In this document: positions 1 to 13,200 of the stretch, piece after piece | How the letters are laid out: every line of letters begins with the position of its first letter | How positions within the stretch are numbered: the stretch's first letter is position 1 | DNA from: Adineta vaga | Taxonomy: Eukaryota; Animalia; Rotifera | Length of the DNA: 64,000 nucleotides | Direction of reading: 5' to 3' | Assembly: GCA_021613535.1 (NCBI GenBank) | Contig: CP075492.1 | Coordinates: 17,918,001 to 17,982,000 of the forward strand | Position numbers and translations under genes: made by a program | The notes under the pieces: model-generated | Told to the model about the DNA's origin: nothing | What the model saw: the letters and a program-made list of their open reading frames with translations, nothing else | The model's database searches: none

Positions 1-385
1 AACACCTTTTAAAAAATGTCTTGCAACATTTCTGTAACTTGAGAAGTTTCTATTTCTCAATTATTTTGAGCTCCCTGTATCAAACTTGAACAAAGAATTC
101 ATCAAAATATGTGAATATACGAATAATACTTCCACCCCTCTAAGCCATCAAAGAATCCAGAAGGACCCATTTCGCATAAGGACAAAGTACTTCAATAGTT
201 TGCCCGATCAGACTGAAACTTATAGCAGTGACTACTGACTTATGGTTCTACAATTGCTCAAAGGTTCACGTGAAACTACCTTGCATTTCTAGGTGGTTCA
301 AAATCGCTTCAAAACATTCCCCGTCCTCCAATACGAGTTTCCAAGGTGAAACGTTTTAAAGAAAATGATATGAAAAGTAAACATA

Positions 386-3300
386 CCAGTTAATAGGACT
401 AAATAGAGACGTGTACTAATCCTTTGTTGTTTTATGTCTTTTTCTGTTCGTTGACTGGCCGCTTTAAACAAATTTAAACGTTCCATAATTCGACCATATT
501 TACGTAGAGGTGTCGTAACAGAACAAACTAGAAATTATATGCAAGTTACATAGAAGATGAAGCTATGTCTATTAAAATCAAAAGATACCTGCATTATTAT
601 TTGCGGGTTTTGAGCGATATTTTAGCTTGACATAAATATTAATCAGCCACGGCGCAATTATTCGAAGGATAATAGTAAGACCACCATACAGACTAATGAA
701 CCTAGTAGCTCCGTGAGAGAAATGCGTTAGTCCCCTCGCAGTGTATGTGCAAAACGCAGGAGCACATTTCATGAAATATTTCGAATAGTTCATTATTGCC
801 GACCATTCTTCAATGAAAAGATCAGCTAAGTGATCATTTACGGATTTCTTCTCTTGCTTGAAAGATAGAGCAGACGCGTTCCATTCAGTATGCATCTAAA
901 CAGACAAAAAATATGTCACAAAGATTGGCTAGTGTTATACATACTCGAGCAATGCCTGGAAATTTGTTCGCTAATAGTTGAAGACATCTTCTACTATACA
1001 AACAATCAAGTGTACTGCAGAGAAGAGCATCAAGAGGTATACATCCCGTAAAGAATCCATCAACTAATACTGAACTCGATTCGGGTTGAGACCATTCATA
1101 GCGTGGAAAATATGCACTGGGACTGAAAATTTCGAAAAATCCAGCTCTCGTTGTTGGATTTGTATTACTGCAGCCCATCGATTCTGGGTCCCAAGAGTCC
1201 AAGATAAAGTTGTTACTATATGCTATCTCTGTGCTGTAAAGTTTGTAATCATACCCTTGTCCAAGGATTGTCAAAAGGAAATTTGTATTCAAAGCCGAAA
1301 CTAAATAGTTAGCCCGCATTGTCGCTCGGAGATATTCCACGAATGAAACCATTTCAGTGGATGCACTGTTCTTGAAAAATGCAACAGTATTATTTACTCT
1401 ATATTGACTTTGAACTTTATCCAGAAGATAATCGTCGATAAAATCACTATTATCAAAATGAATTTGATTTTGAAAGACTGCATTTTGAGACAGTAAACAA
1501 AGACTAGCCAAAAGTTGAAACTAAACAAAAGGAAAGTTAAATCAATTACTCATCATGTCAGACAATCAAGCACAGTGAATAATGAGAATGGTTGACAATG
1601 ATCCTTTATAAAAATCATAGAACGATGTTTCTATATATTTTACCTAAAAATAGTCGTAGTCTACGGCAGGACTGTCCATTGATGTAAAACTTGATTTTAC
1701 AGAATTATTAACTACTAGCGGAGATACCCGCTACGTAGAGAACGCAATTCACATTTTCCATGTACAACAGTGCCCCTCTCTTCACGCCTCGGCAGATCTG
1801 CCTATTTTCAGACGCCCGCTGCAACTCATTCTGTAGTCCATAAACTTCACTTCAACTCCATCCAGGTAGAGCAGTGACTACACTCGCCCGCTTCGATGCG
1901 TCACAACAACACCCAGTTCTCCAAAGTGTCAGAGAAAAACGTGGAACTGCCAGTTTATCGACTCTGGATAAATTCTCACTCGATCTCCTTCCACGACCTT
2001 CCTGGGGACCTAGGCAAATGCCATGGTAAGTTTGGTAACGCTAGCTATTACAGGGACTGAATGCATGGAGAACAGACAAACAAACATTCTTCATATATAT
2101 ATACATATAGCTATTCATAGATTTCTGCAAGCTTTCTAGCATGGTATGCCATTTAAAACTGTCCTTATCATGATTTCAGTCAAAATTGTCGAGAAAAATC
2201 ATTAGAACGATATACTGCAAGCACACATTTGCTTTGGTTTTTATCTATGCCAGTCTGTTACGTTAGGTATGTGTCACGCCAATGTGATATCATACATGTG
2301 CAGTGGACTGAGTATGACTTAGAAATGCACCAAATCCAAACAATTTGGATTTGATGAGTTTGGGTCAAATATCGAGACCCATAAAGCAGCCAGGATTTGG
2401 GTATGATCCTTTTCTTTGAAGTCTTCACTCTTTATTGCAAATACTTCTTTAGATATGTCAACAAACCAAAATACATATTCTTGCTTAGTATTATCAAGTG
2501 GGAAATAATATGAACCTAAGACTTGAAAATATGAAGTATTTGCAATGAAGAGAGGAGACTTCAAAGAAAAGAACCATACCAAAATCCAGGCGATTTGCGT
2601 TTAGTTTATGTCCTAGATATGACATAGGGAATTTCGGAACAGTTTTTCTAAATTTTGCTGCTCTGTATATCAATGTAAATAGACATAGCTTTGTTAATCG
2701 ACTCACGAAGTCAAGATCGACGTTTCTCTATGCATCATGTCCTCACCGAAGGATTATTTTACCTGAGCAGCGGCTGTCGTTCGGAAATCTTGTACTCCGT
2801 ATCTGCTTGCATTTTTTAAATACAATGCTTCAATCCATTCTTGACTAACAAAAATACTTGAACAAATAGGATGAAATGTGATTTTGTGATTAACAAAATC
2901 ACCATACGGTATATTAACTTTTGAGCATGAACATGAAAGAGTTTCTGCATAATTAACATAAAGTTGATCGAAAATGGCGGGAGTAACATTGTATACAGTA
3001 GTTGTTCGAGTTGGTGACTTGAGAGTCGTATACATAATTATATAGGTAGACACTAAAAAAGATACACGAGTTCTTTCTCACGACGAAGGAGGTCGTTTAC
3101 AATCATGAAATCAGCCAATTTTTCGTCATCCCAGGATTAATTTATGCATAAATATTTTCTCTAACTCTACTGACCTCTTGACACACTATATGCTTGCTTT
3201 TCTTGTGAGGTTTCAGTCATGTAACTTCTTTGTATAGATAAAATATCAGTATAAGTTTACATATTCGACTAAAAAGTTGCTCTTTAGTGTTTCTGTGAAA

Positions 3301-3672
3301 AAAAAATTTATATCCTTTTTATTTTATGACAAAACGATAATATTTATTTCTATATAGCAAAACGTGTTCTTAATTCTAGCTGAGATCTCGTTCAAGTGTG
3401 TTACGCAAAAGAAAATATTTGACAAGATTTTTTGTATTTTGCATGTTAATTATCAACTTACCAACCAACTTACATTCTAAACATGTGTAGTTTGTGCCCT
3501 ACTTACTGGTAATTAAAAAAATGTACAACCAAGTGGAACATTTTTGTTGTTTGAGAACAGATGCCTGATCTTTCCGTTCATCGTCATCGTCATAATCGTT
3601 TTCTTCCATTACAAACAGATTGTAATTACGTATTCGTTCATTGACCAAATACAATAGAACTTTTAAATGCAT
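386..3672 (-). CDS. Cys-rich multi-pass membrane protein of an expanded bdelloid-type family; multi-exon, 3' part not resolved and probably continues toward or beyond the window start; paralog of 22664-28947
   Basis: Exons approximately 3672-3506 (MHLKVLL..YNLFVMEENDYDD..STWLYIFL), 3055-2764 (LSCSCSKVNIPY..HPICSSIFVSQEWI..DFRTTAAAQ), 1520-940, 900-590 and 527-386, with GT-AG boundaries. The motifs are collinear with the + strand paralog. Confidence 0.75.
1715..2111 (-). mobile_element. Non-autonomous Helitron-like (Lep1/DINE-type) element in an intron
   Basis: On the minus strand it begins with (TA)n-GAAGAATGTTTGTTTGTCTGT and ends AGCGGGTATCTCCGCTAG(T), a GC hairpin plus a CTAG terminus. It is more GC-rich than its flanks. 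Confidence 0.55.
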
Positions 3673-5873
3673 TATTCTGATCAATGATTGTTGCTAAGAA
3701 ATCGATCTATCAAACATTCATACATTAATCCTGAAAGGTATCATAATACCTAACACTCCGATATGGCAATGAAAGATCGATAAAGAGATACCTTTGTGGG
3801 ACTGGTGATTTCGAGTTGTTCGTGATTTTAGGAAACAGATAGGAATCTTACAGCATTCATAGAAATATGATATATGAAGTAACTTGGTACTTTCCATTGT
3901 ATACACAGCTACGAGTGAAGATGTCCATGACTCGATGTAGACTTTGGACGGCGTACGAGAACGAGGCAAGTAATATTTGATAGTAATAAGAAATGCGTGT
4001 GGCTGAAAGGTCAGCTAGTAGGTCTCATCTTCACACCGTCATAGTGATCAGACGTCTTGGTATTCGATAGTGATTACGCCAAAGCCCTTAAAATCCTTAG
4101 ATTTAGAGGGCTATACTTCTTCTCAAACCAGTCATCTTGATATCTGATACCAAGTCACTGGATACCATAACCTTCAACTAGTCAATACCAGGAGTAAAGA
4201 CATCTGTAATTGAGGAGCTTTCAAGAAGATAATCGATATGTCTCCCTTACAATATTCATGCGTCTATTAAAAATCTGAAGCATCTTGCAACACAGAGAAT
4301 GGTTGGAAGTATTGGATCTGTAGGATCCGTAGAAACCACTGTAACTGTTGGAAGTTCCAATGGTTTTAATGATTCAAACGAGAGCAACATTTCGAACAAC
4401 ACGATCCATCGAGACAGCTTGACTCCTTTTTACGAGTTCTACCTGTTGTACTACAGCTAGTGATCTGAATCATTTGGTATAAATGAACTTGGAGTGATTG
4501 ATAAGGGTTATGCGCTAGTGTCCGCCGGTATATTAGCAAAAACATGGACGGAAGCCTATCTATACTGGGCTATTAGATGCAACAGAAGCATTTACAACTG
4601 TTTATATGTAGCGTCATCTATATGCAGCTCATCTCGACTCTTTCAATACCATACCGTATACTTATTCTTTGTAATGTATGTTATGTAATATTACACTACG
4701 AAAAATTTCACAATACTTATGGGCTAAAAAAATACCGTGTAGTTCTCCAAGGTAAACAGCGCGAATCGTTAAGAAATACATCTAACGAATTGTAAACAGT
4801 TGTCGCAAACTGTATCAAAAGAGTCATTTGTCTATAGTTATTACACAAGTAAAATGGTTACGTACGTCTTGCAACTCTCTGAATACAGTCTTACTTGAGC
4901 TTAGGAAGATGAAATAGAAATATGCTACGCTAACGCAGGCACTCAATATGATAAAATGAAATGTGATCTTCAGTTCTGTTGTTCACGATGTGTGTCGTAG
5001 ATAACATATTTTATGTCAACGCTTTGTTAGTCTTGCAGGAAAAAACTTCACAATCTCTTTAAAATTGCAAATTTTTCATATGCTGCCTGCAAGAGATAAA
5101 TTTCATGTAAAATAAAACAATCTGTTTCTACATTTTATCATTAGAGCTAAAATATTTCTCGTATCCTTTAGCTTGGTGGCAGAGAAAAACTTCGCACATC
5201 TGCTTTTGTTTTATTCACAACAGGACCGAGCAAAGCATACTGTTTTTTTGGCGAAAATAGGGTGCTCTCACGAGGAAACCATTTGAGATGATGCTTCCCG
5301 TTTTCATTCATTCATATCTTATTTAGTTGGCTATATTCGGATAGTTAAAAATCCTAACGAGGATTTTCCCCAATCTCTTGTTTTCAAAAATGATCGTCAT
5401 TTTATTGAATTTTCAAGGTTCCCCTATATATTTTCCTATAAAAATAAACCATGGACTTCTTACCTGAAATTTTCACTGTAGTTAGATCTAATGATACTTA
5501 GAATATTCTGAAAAAGTCAGCAAAAAATGATTATCCTATCTCGAGATATCACGTATACAATAAAAGAGTGTTTTTCCAACTTTCATCCCGAAAACTCAAG
5601 GGGGATAAATCAAGACTTCCATACTTCGAAGTATCGTGGAAATATGAGAGAATGATGCTTTCCCGAAGCCTCATGTTTTTGTCTTTGACATTTTCATCGT
5701 TTTTAATAATAAACTAATTCATTTCAATCGGAAATTTCCGTGTTCTTTTTATATATGAGGTAAAGCCTGAATATTTTCTAGCAATACAATTGGTTTTTCT
5801 TATCATATACTTAGAAATCTTGCATAATTATGCGACATCTATCTATCTATATATGTATATTCATATTATTTGC

Positions 5874-5915
5874 GGGTGTGGGTCAGGTTATACTCTTAAC
5901 CCACCCTCACCCACC
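5874..5915. repeat. Telomere-like palindrome H1
   Basis: GGGTGTGGGT-CAGGTTATACTCTTA-ACCCACCCTCACCCACC. Confidence 0.75.
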
Positions 5916-6372
5916 AGCTATTCGCGAGTTGAAAGTTTTATTGACTAACAATTTGGATAAGCGATTTCCGGTTATTTCATTAAATATTTGTGCTTTTCAT
6001 TTCGATCCATCTCAATTAAAACTTGATATTGATCGTTTTTTGTTCAGAATCAAACCAAAGAATCGATATTGTTTGATATGGTTAAACAATTTAAAATTAA
6101 TCATGATTCTCAATTGTGTTCGGTTCAAAATATCTCAACGACGTCTCCAGCAACACCATCTCTTATGAAATGGCATTTGTCGATTGATAATTTTCATATG
6201 CACCAGCATTGAATTTGAAGAGACTTCGTGAAGACTTAATTCAAAAACATACACTGGTTCCTTCGTCAAGCACTAATCCAGTTCTTCATGAAATCGAATA
6301 GTATTTGAAATTAGATGTTAGTTGTGGAGATGTCCTTGAATTTTGGCTATTATTGGGCAATAAGTTTCCTCT
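5916..6372 (+). pseudogene. hAT transposase fragment (C-terminal region up to the start of the hATC dimerisation domain)
   Basis: AIRELKVLLTNNLDKRFPVISLNICAFHFDPSQLK resembles the hAT L..RF...A..LDP.K motif. VLHEIE*YLKLDVSCGDVLEFWLLLGNKFPL resembles EL..YL...D.L.FW....FP.L. It carries stops and frameshifts and is cut at both ends by H1 and H2. Confidence 0.7.
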
Positions 6373-6433
6373 AGGGTGAGTGTGGTTGGTTACGAATACG
6401 ATGTAAAACCTATACCCACATCCACACCCTCAA
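6373..6433. repeat. Telomere-like palindrome H2
   Basis: AGGGTGAGTGTGGTTGG...CCTATACCCACATCCACACCCTCAA. Confidence 0.8.
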
Positions 6434-6577
6434 GGTAAAATCTGTTTGTTCGAAAATTTCTAATGATGTTTTTAATGTCGTATTTGAAAGAGAAGAAATT
6501 ATTGAACGAAAATCAGTTTCATCCATCTGACTCATATGTACACTTTCCGAATCTTCAAGACTTTCAAGCCATTTTAA

Positions 6578-6630
6578 TGAGGATGGGTGTGGGTATGTCT
6601 GAATGTGAATACATAAGAGACCCACACCCG
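6578..6630. repeat. Telomere-like palindrome H3 (spacer type A)
   Basis: TGAGGATGGGTGTGGG-TATGTCTGAATGTGAATACATAAGAGA-CCCACACCCG; the spacer is nearly identical to that of H7. Confidence 0.8.
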
Positions 6631-6728
6631 ATTACTGTTTTTCTTACTGTTAAACAGAGAAAATCTATAGAAATAAAATAAGCATATCAATCATGTTGCA
6701 TTATAAAGATATCAACACTGTTCACTTG

Positions 6729-6782
6729 TAAGGGTGAGGGTGAGAGTGTAACTTAAGAATGACATCCTCGCATATCCTGAAG
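6729..6782. repeat. Telomere-like palindrome H4 (degenerate right arm)
   Basis: TAAGGGTGAGGGTGAGAGTG...CATCCTCGCATATCCTGAAG; directly abuts the stop codon at 6783. Confidence 0.6.
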
Positions 6783-9700
6783 TCAACGTTTGTCACTTGA
6801 CTTATGTCGCCAAGTAGTAAGAGAATTTTTGAATACTTTCATGTATAAATTTGAAGGCATGACAAAGATCATGAATATAAGAATTGATGGTGTGAATGAA
6901 AAGAAGTAGGCAGTAAGGAATAACCATAAGTTTTGTGATGTTCGCACACATCCAGGTAATGATGAAATAATTAAACGAGGCATTGATAAAATAAGTAATG
7001 TAATAGGACTAATAATTAGTTGTTTATGTTCACTTAATTGTTGACTAATATGTTCTTTAAACGTTTGATCAGTTTGTGCTGTTGATCGTTGTCGAGCAGC
7101 TCTAAAGATAATAAATACAGCTGAGAATAAATTTGCAATGAATGGAACAAGGAGATGAAAATATAGAATACTAATATTATAATTTTGAACAGATAAAGAA
7201 TAACGAATAACACACCAAACGTGTCGTTCAATTGTACTTTGATAGATCGTGTCTATCAATGTTTTGTTCTTTTTCGAATTAATTAAATCCGATGAACTGT
7301 TCTCAGTTCTATTAACATAAGTTTTATCAGTTTCAGTTTCATATTTAAACATATTTCGATGTAAAGGTTCATGAATAAGACTTGCCATGATACACAATGG
7401 TAAAAGAAAAATAATCCATCGAGCAAAATGTTTGCTCTTCTTTTTATCAAATTTAATTCCTTTGAAGACTTGTACTGCTCTTTCAACAGCTACGCAAGCA
7501 TTTAACCAAGTATCACAATAAAGAAAAAGTTTTAAAATTGGTTCAATAATGATACAACCTCCATGAAGAATAGAGAAGTTTGTCGAGACATTGATTTGAG
7601 TGAAAATAGCAAACCAAAAGTTGACAAAGAACATACTAATTGTTAGAAGAGATGTTATTGATGATGCAAAAAGATACAAACCACAACCAACTTGTCGTAC
7701 TTCTTTATTTTTAAATGTCAAATATGAAAAAATACTATTTATTAATCCTCCAATAAACATAATGATTGTTAAACTAGCACTTATTTTAATCGAAGATGAT
7801 TGATTTGATAATGTTACATTTGGTTGTATTTCACCACGTAAAATATCATCAAGTGGTAAACCAATCGTTGTAGTATAATAATGACATCGATCTCCAATCG
7901 AACAACTGCGCTTGTTTGAATCTAAAATATTTCATTTTTTGGGAAATTTGTTTTCAATTGCTGCAAACGTATACATACCGAAATGATTGATAGTAGCATT
8001 ATTTTCACCAGATATGAAGATAGAAAAATTTCCTGTTGTATTTGGATAATATGTTGTTACAACCAAAATATATTTCGTATTTACTTCGAGTTTAATGAAG
8101 AATTTCAATTGTCCTTGATTACATTTTCCACTATGTTGTGTAAGTAAATTACCAAATGGTTGTAACGGATCAAAATCATCTTTGTAAAGATAACCATAGG
8201 TGTCAATTTCACTTCTACTCCAGATAACATATAGATCTGTTTTTACAACATTGATTTGTAATGTTTCATAATAATAATTGGGTGTTTTATAATCACGACA
8301 ATATTTTGGACTATTTGTCGTAAGTTGAGATGAATAAGTGAATTGAATGTTGATAGATGAAACTATTCAATGAACAAGGAAAAATATCTGAGATAAAGAT
8401 AAATTCAACTTCTTTAATCGAAAGCTTACAAAGACGTTTGACAGTCACATTGTACAAGTCAGACATATTGATTTTGATGTTGCCAATGGTCCTCGGATTA
8501 TACGTTGTTACAACCAATATATATGTAATGTGCTCATAGGCATGAATATTGAAAGTGAACTGAGCGGAAGGTCCTCTATTATTGTCTTTGATTAGAATAT
8601 TTTCAGTTGGATTAAGTGGATCAAATTTATTTTCATAGATATAACCATGTGTACCAATATCACTACTACTCCATATTATATAAAAACGATTTTCAGCTAC
8701 TTTGATTTCAAATGCTTCGTAATAATAGCTTTCCTGTTGACAATCTTTAGAATATATCTGACTGTTATTCGTCAATGTTAATGAATTTGTCCATTGAATA
8801 GTCCATGATATATCTATATATAATGTAAAAAATAAAACATATCAATTTAATAACCATATCATGAAAGTATCATAACTTACGACAAGAACTTTCTGAATAG
8901 AGAAATTTTTGTATTCGATTATTTCCTGTATCCATAACATATATATTTCCAGAATTATCAAAACTCATAGCACCTGGCATGTTTAATTGATTAGATTGAG
9001 AACCCTTTGTATAACATCCAATTAAACATCGAAAACCAAAAGATCCCTCTCCAACAATTCGATGATTCAAAGAATCTACAATAAATAAATATCCTTTTGC
9101 ATCGAACGCAATTCCAGAAGGACAGTTAAGTGAAATAGTTGTACGTAATGATCCATATCCTACAACTGTGATGGCATTCGTTTTTTCTGATGGAAATAAC
9201 TGAACTCGATTATTGCCACAATCTGCCACTAATAAATCTAAGTTTATATCAACGAAGATTCCAAAAGGTTGATTAAGTTCATTCGAAGAAGATCCTGTAT
9301 AATCTTTTCCAGCAACAGTAATTGATATTATCGAAGGATTGTTCAAGTCTCTTTTAACGACTTTGCTACTCCTTGTCATGGAACAGTACAAATGATCGTT
9401 GATATCGATAAAGAGAAAAGAACAGAGATCAGTAACGTTCATGACAATTTTAAAATTATTTGTCTTCGATATCCATCTCTTTACATATCCATTAGTAAGA
9501 CTATCACCAATATAAATATCACTTTGAGGTGTGACAAACAATGAACTGACACTTGAAAAATTGCCTGGACTGATATTTGTTGGATAGAGACTATTATTAT
9601 GCCACACTAAAATCGTATTTTTATCTCGATTAACAGCATAGATTGAATCGTTTGTATTGATGAAAATGACTCGAGGGTATAGACCAATAATTGATTGGTC

Positions 9701-10852
9701 AGCAAAAGTAATTCCATAAGTATTCCAAGTTGCTGTAGAACAAAATTGTGGTTGATTGAATGAAACAGCTAAAATATGAAAAAGAAATAGAAATCAAAAT
9801 TATTTTTCGTCTACTCACTAGAAGAAATATTCATCAGTTGAAACTTTTGAATACGATTATTTGTTTGATCACTAACAAACATATTGCCAAAACTATCAAA
9901 ACTCATAGTCCAAGGATTAATCAATTGATTAGATTGAAAACCTTCTCCATAACATCCAACTAAACATCGATAACCATGTGGTCCTTCTCCAACAATTCGA
10001 TTATTCGAAGAATCTACAATGAATAAATATTTTTTAGCGTCCAATACAATTCCTGTAGGCTTCTTAAGTTCAATAGTTGGATATATCGATCCGCGTCCTG
10101 CAACTGTGATAGCAATCCTTTCTCCTGGTGGAAATAGTTGAACTCGATCGTTTCCATAATCTGCTACAATTAAATCCAAATTTGAATCCACAAAGATTCC
10201 ATACGGCTCATTAAGTTCATTCGGAGCAGATCCTGAATTTTTTGATCCAGCAACAACAACCGGTGTCGTCAAAGAACTATTCAAAGCTCTTTTTACTACT
10301 TGATCAATCCACGTCATTGAACAGTATAAATTGTCATTGATATCGACAAACAGACCATAGCATATGTAAGAAACGTTCATGACAGAAACAGAAGTATTTG
10401 TTTTTGATATCCATTTCTGCACTTGATAGTTCATACCACCATCATCAAGATAAATATCACCGTTTGATCTTACGAACATAGAACTGGGATCTATGAAGTT
10501 ACCTGAGATGATATTTGTTGGATTGGGGCTACTGTTTTGCCACACTAAAATCTTATTCTGGATTCGATTAACGGTATAAATTGAATTGTTCATATTAATA
10601 AAGAGGAATACAGGATAGCTGCCAACAATTGATTCGTTAGCAAAAGTGATTCCATTACGATTCCAAGTGGCTGTTGGAGACAAGTTTGGTTGATTGAATG
10701 AAAGAGCTAAAATATGTGTAAAACAAATTTCAATGAAATTTTTTTTATAAAAATATTCAAAAAGAACCACAATTAATATACGCCTTACCTAAAATTTCGT
10801 TCCCGAAAACGGGAAAAAGCAAAATATATATGTAAATACAGAAATTCCACAT
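6783..10852 (-). CDS. Large-ectodomain GPCR: signal peptide, two NHL beta-propeller blocks, two ~120-aa beta-rich repeats and a rhodopsin-like 7TM
   Basis: Exon 1 MWNFCIYIYILLFPVFGNEIL (ATG 10852). NHL exons 10708-9820 and 9770-8880 (P.GI.VD, VAD.GN.RVQ, D..NNRIQKF). Repeats YYEAFEIKV..GYIY..FDPLNP and YYETLQINV..DTYGYLY..FDPLQP. The 7TM carries GCGLYLFASS and WLNACVAVERA. GT-AG introns join the ORFs. Confidence 0.85.
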
Positions 10853-11319
10853 TCTAACAATTTTGTAAGATTAAAACTTTTTTTTCTTCTAAACTCTTTC
10901 TCGATCAAATATTTATTGAGAAAAAAGAATTAACATGTGAATGTCGAAACGTGTCTTTACTTAAAATAAAATATTTTTCTCTTATCAATAAATACATGAT
11001 GATAAACTTTAATCTACTATGTTCATCACGTTCTTTATCTTCCATGAATGAGTTTTATTTTTATGAAATCATACGGATAAAGAAAATATTTTATTTTAAA
11101 ATAAATAGAATTGACAAAGTAAAAAGCTATGAAAGTCTAAATAAAAGTTTTTACAAAATGTCGAGAATAATTACAATCAAATATACGTCATGACTATTGA
11201 TTATTGTATAATGTGATGAATTTTCATTACTTATTTTGAATAAATCCTGTTTGTAGTCATCAAATGCTTTCTTTACTTCGAAATCATATCATCATTTCTA
11301 AATAGATTAACTTTTGAAA

Positions 11320-11356
11320 AGGGTGTGAGTACTACATCTATCTAACACTCACACCA
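11320..11356. repeat. Telomere-like palindrome H5 (spacer related to type B)
   Basis: AGGGTGTGAGT-ACTACATCTATCTAAC-ACTCACACC, with perfect 9-bp arms GGTGTGAGT/ACTCACACC. Confidence 0.75.
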
Positions 11357-11359
11357 AAC

Positions 11360-12790
11360 TATTCGTCAAACATGTCGTAACTTTAGATCATTCGTAAACA
11401 AATTGTCTTTTTTAGTTGATTTAACTTTCTTCTCTCGTCTCATTCTTTACGTGAGAATCCACTCAAAGTATTTACTCAAAAACTCAGGACAAAAATGCAA
11501 ATAGTCCATCATGTTTACCTTTTACTATTAACATATTGAAAAACTCTAATGTGTTGTCCATCATGAAAATCTTTTTATTTTATAGTATTCTACGTAACTA
11601 TTTCGAATGATATCTCAAAATAATGTGAGCAGCTAGATAAAGCACAAAACACGATGACATGGAATGTGCAATAGATTTGAAAAATTCTATGATAATCGTA
11701 ATATTCATTCGTAATTTTCTTTTTATATGGACGATATTTTCACATCCTTTTGCTTGGAGTGATATAGCAGCGCTGTGTTTTATTAACTCTAACAAAAGAT
11801 GGTGTAAACTTGTCATACTTCTAAGTGAACATTGAATTAAAGTTAAAATAAAATTTCAGAATACTCCGACCCAGTTTTGGTTTTTGAAAATATTCTAAAA
11901 TATTTGTCGATATCTATAGGATTTATTTCAATAAACGATTGGATTTATTGAATCATCTGTATTATTTTATGATTGATTTTGAAGTACCGTCATCATATCT
12001 ACACATTAGATCACTAAAACATCAATGGAAAGTAAGTTATTCTTATCCACTGATCAATTATCATTTGTTATCTTATATATCATTACAACGAACAAATACA
12101 TATGACATAAAAAACATTTGATTATATTCTATGTCATCAATAGATCATTAATTTAATTCAGTATCGATTATAACCGAGTGAGATGTCTGTGAAATTGCTT
12201 CTTCTCCAACTGATGAGACTCTTAAGCAAGATCGAAACGCATCATAGCAGCTTGTCTCACACAGACCCGTTTGCGTGTAAAATAGCAATATTTTACTTTT
12301 GATTTTTCGTCATTTGCTCTTTTCTGATGAATCAAGACGTTTGTTGTTGTGAATGATTTATACGAGGCTCTTCTGTATTTTTTCTGTTTTCCAAGAAAGT
12401 CACTGAAAATCCCTATAATATCTCTAACTATACGAGTCTTTGTTTTTTAATCAGAATTTTTATATGAATTGTGTATTTTTTTTCTAAAGATTTCTTTGAT
12501 GCGTTGTACTGCGTATAAGTCGTCATCAACAGAAATTTTCGTTATTCGTTCCAATTGAAAATGAAGCATGCGCATAATTGTAACCAAAAAGGTATATTTT
12601 CTCATTCAATAGAAAGGAAAGAAAATTTGCTACCACTGACACAAGCAGTGGGTAAATACCCAGTCTGCATTATTATGTTTGTTCGCGTCAGAGGAAAAAA
12701 TCCATAGTACTCAAAACTGAATGTATTATGTTTTCTTTTTAGGTGTTTTAAAATTTTCCCAGTACCCACTATATATAAAGTGATGCTAAT
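11360..12790 (-). pseudogene. Degraded coding fragment of unknown origin
   Basis: The minus strand reads YSGYWENFKTPKKKT*YIQF*VLWIFSSDANKHNNADWVFTHCLCQ and IMRMLHFQLERITKISVDDDLYAVQRIKEIFRKKIHNSYKNSD*KTKTRIVRDIIGIFSDFLGK, which is protein-like with scattered stops. Family not recognised. Confidence 0.35.
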
Positions 12791-13200
12791 GTGTCTATCC
12801 ACACCCATAGGTTTTCAAGTAGGAGAGAATGCAAATTTTCTTTCCGAAACATTTATTTGTTTTTAAATGATTTTCAAAACCCTTTCCTTATTTTCTGTAG
12901 ATAAGATTTTCAAACTTTTTCTTCGTTCCTTGTCTGTTACGAACACCTATTTTTTTTCATTTATCAAACAATTGTTTCGATAATTTGTTCTCTCGATGAT
13001 CATTGCGTTCAAACAATCAGATATAAATGATTTTTTTCTTGACATTCTTAGCCTTTCGCTATCGTATAAAAATTCTTATCCGACACTACAATTTGTTCGT
13101 AATTTATGATATATCCAACACAGTTCCTTAGAAAAATAAAATATTTATTTTCATTATTTATAAAAAAAAGGGTGTTTTTCTTTTTAGAAAGAAACTAATC

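Noticed and set aside
3740-4470. Possible degraded coding sequence upstream of the first gene (similar stretch at 36300-37080)
   Set aside because: No recognisable motif and many stops in all frames, so no call can be supported.
5830-6681. ORFs 5830-6168, 6410-6625 and 6463-6681 as independent genes (also 14855-15102)
   Set aside because: They are chance read-throughs across palindromes and transposase relics.
5874-6782. CRISPR array
   Set aside because: The repeats are not identical, spacer lengths range from 98 to 457 bp, there are no cas genes, and the context is eukaryotic.
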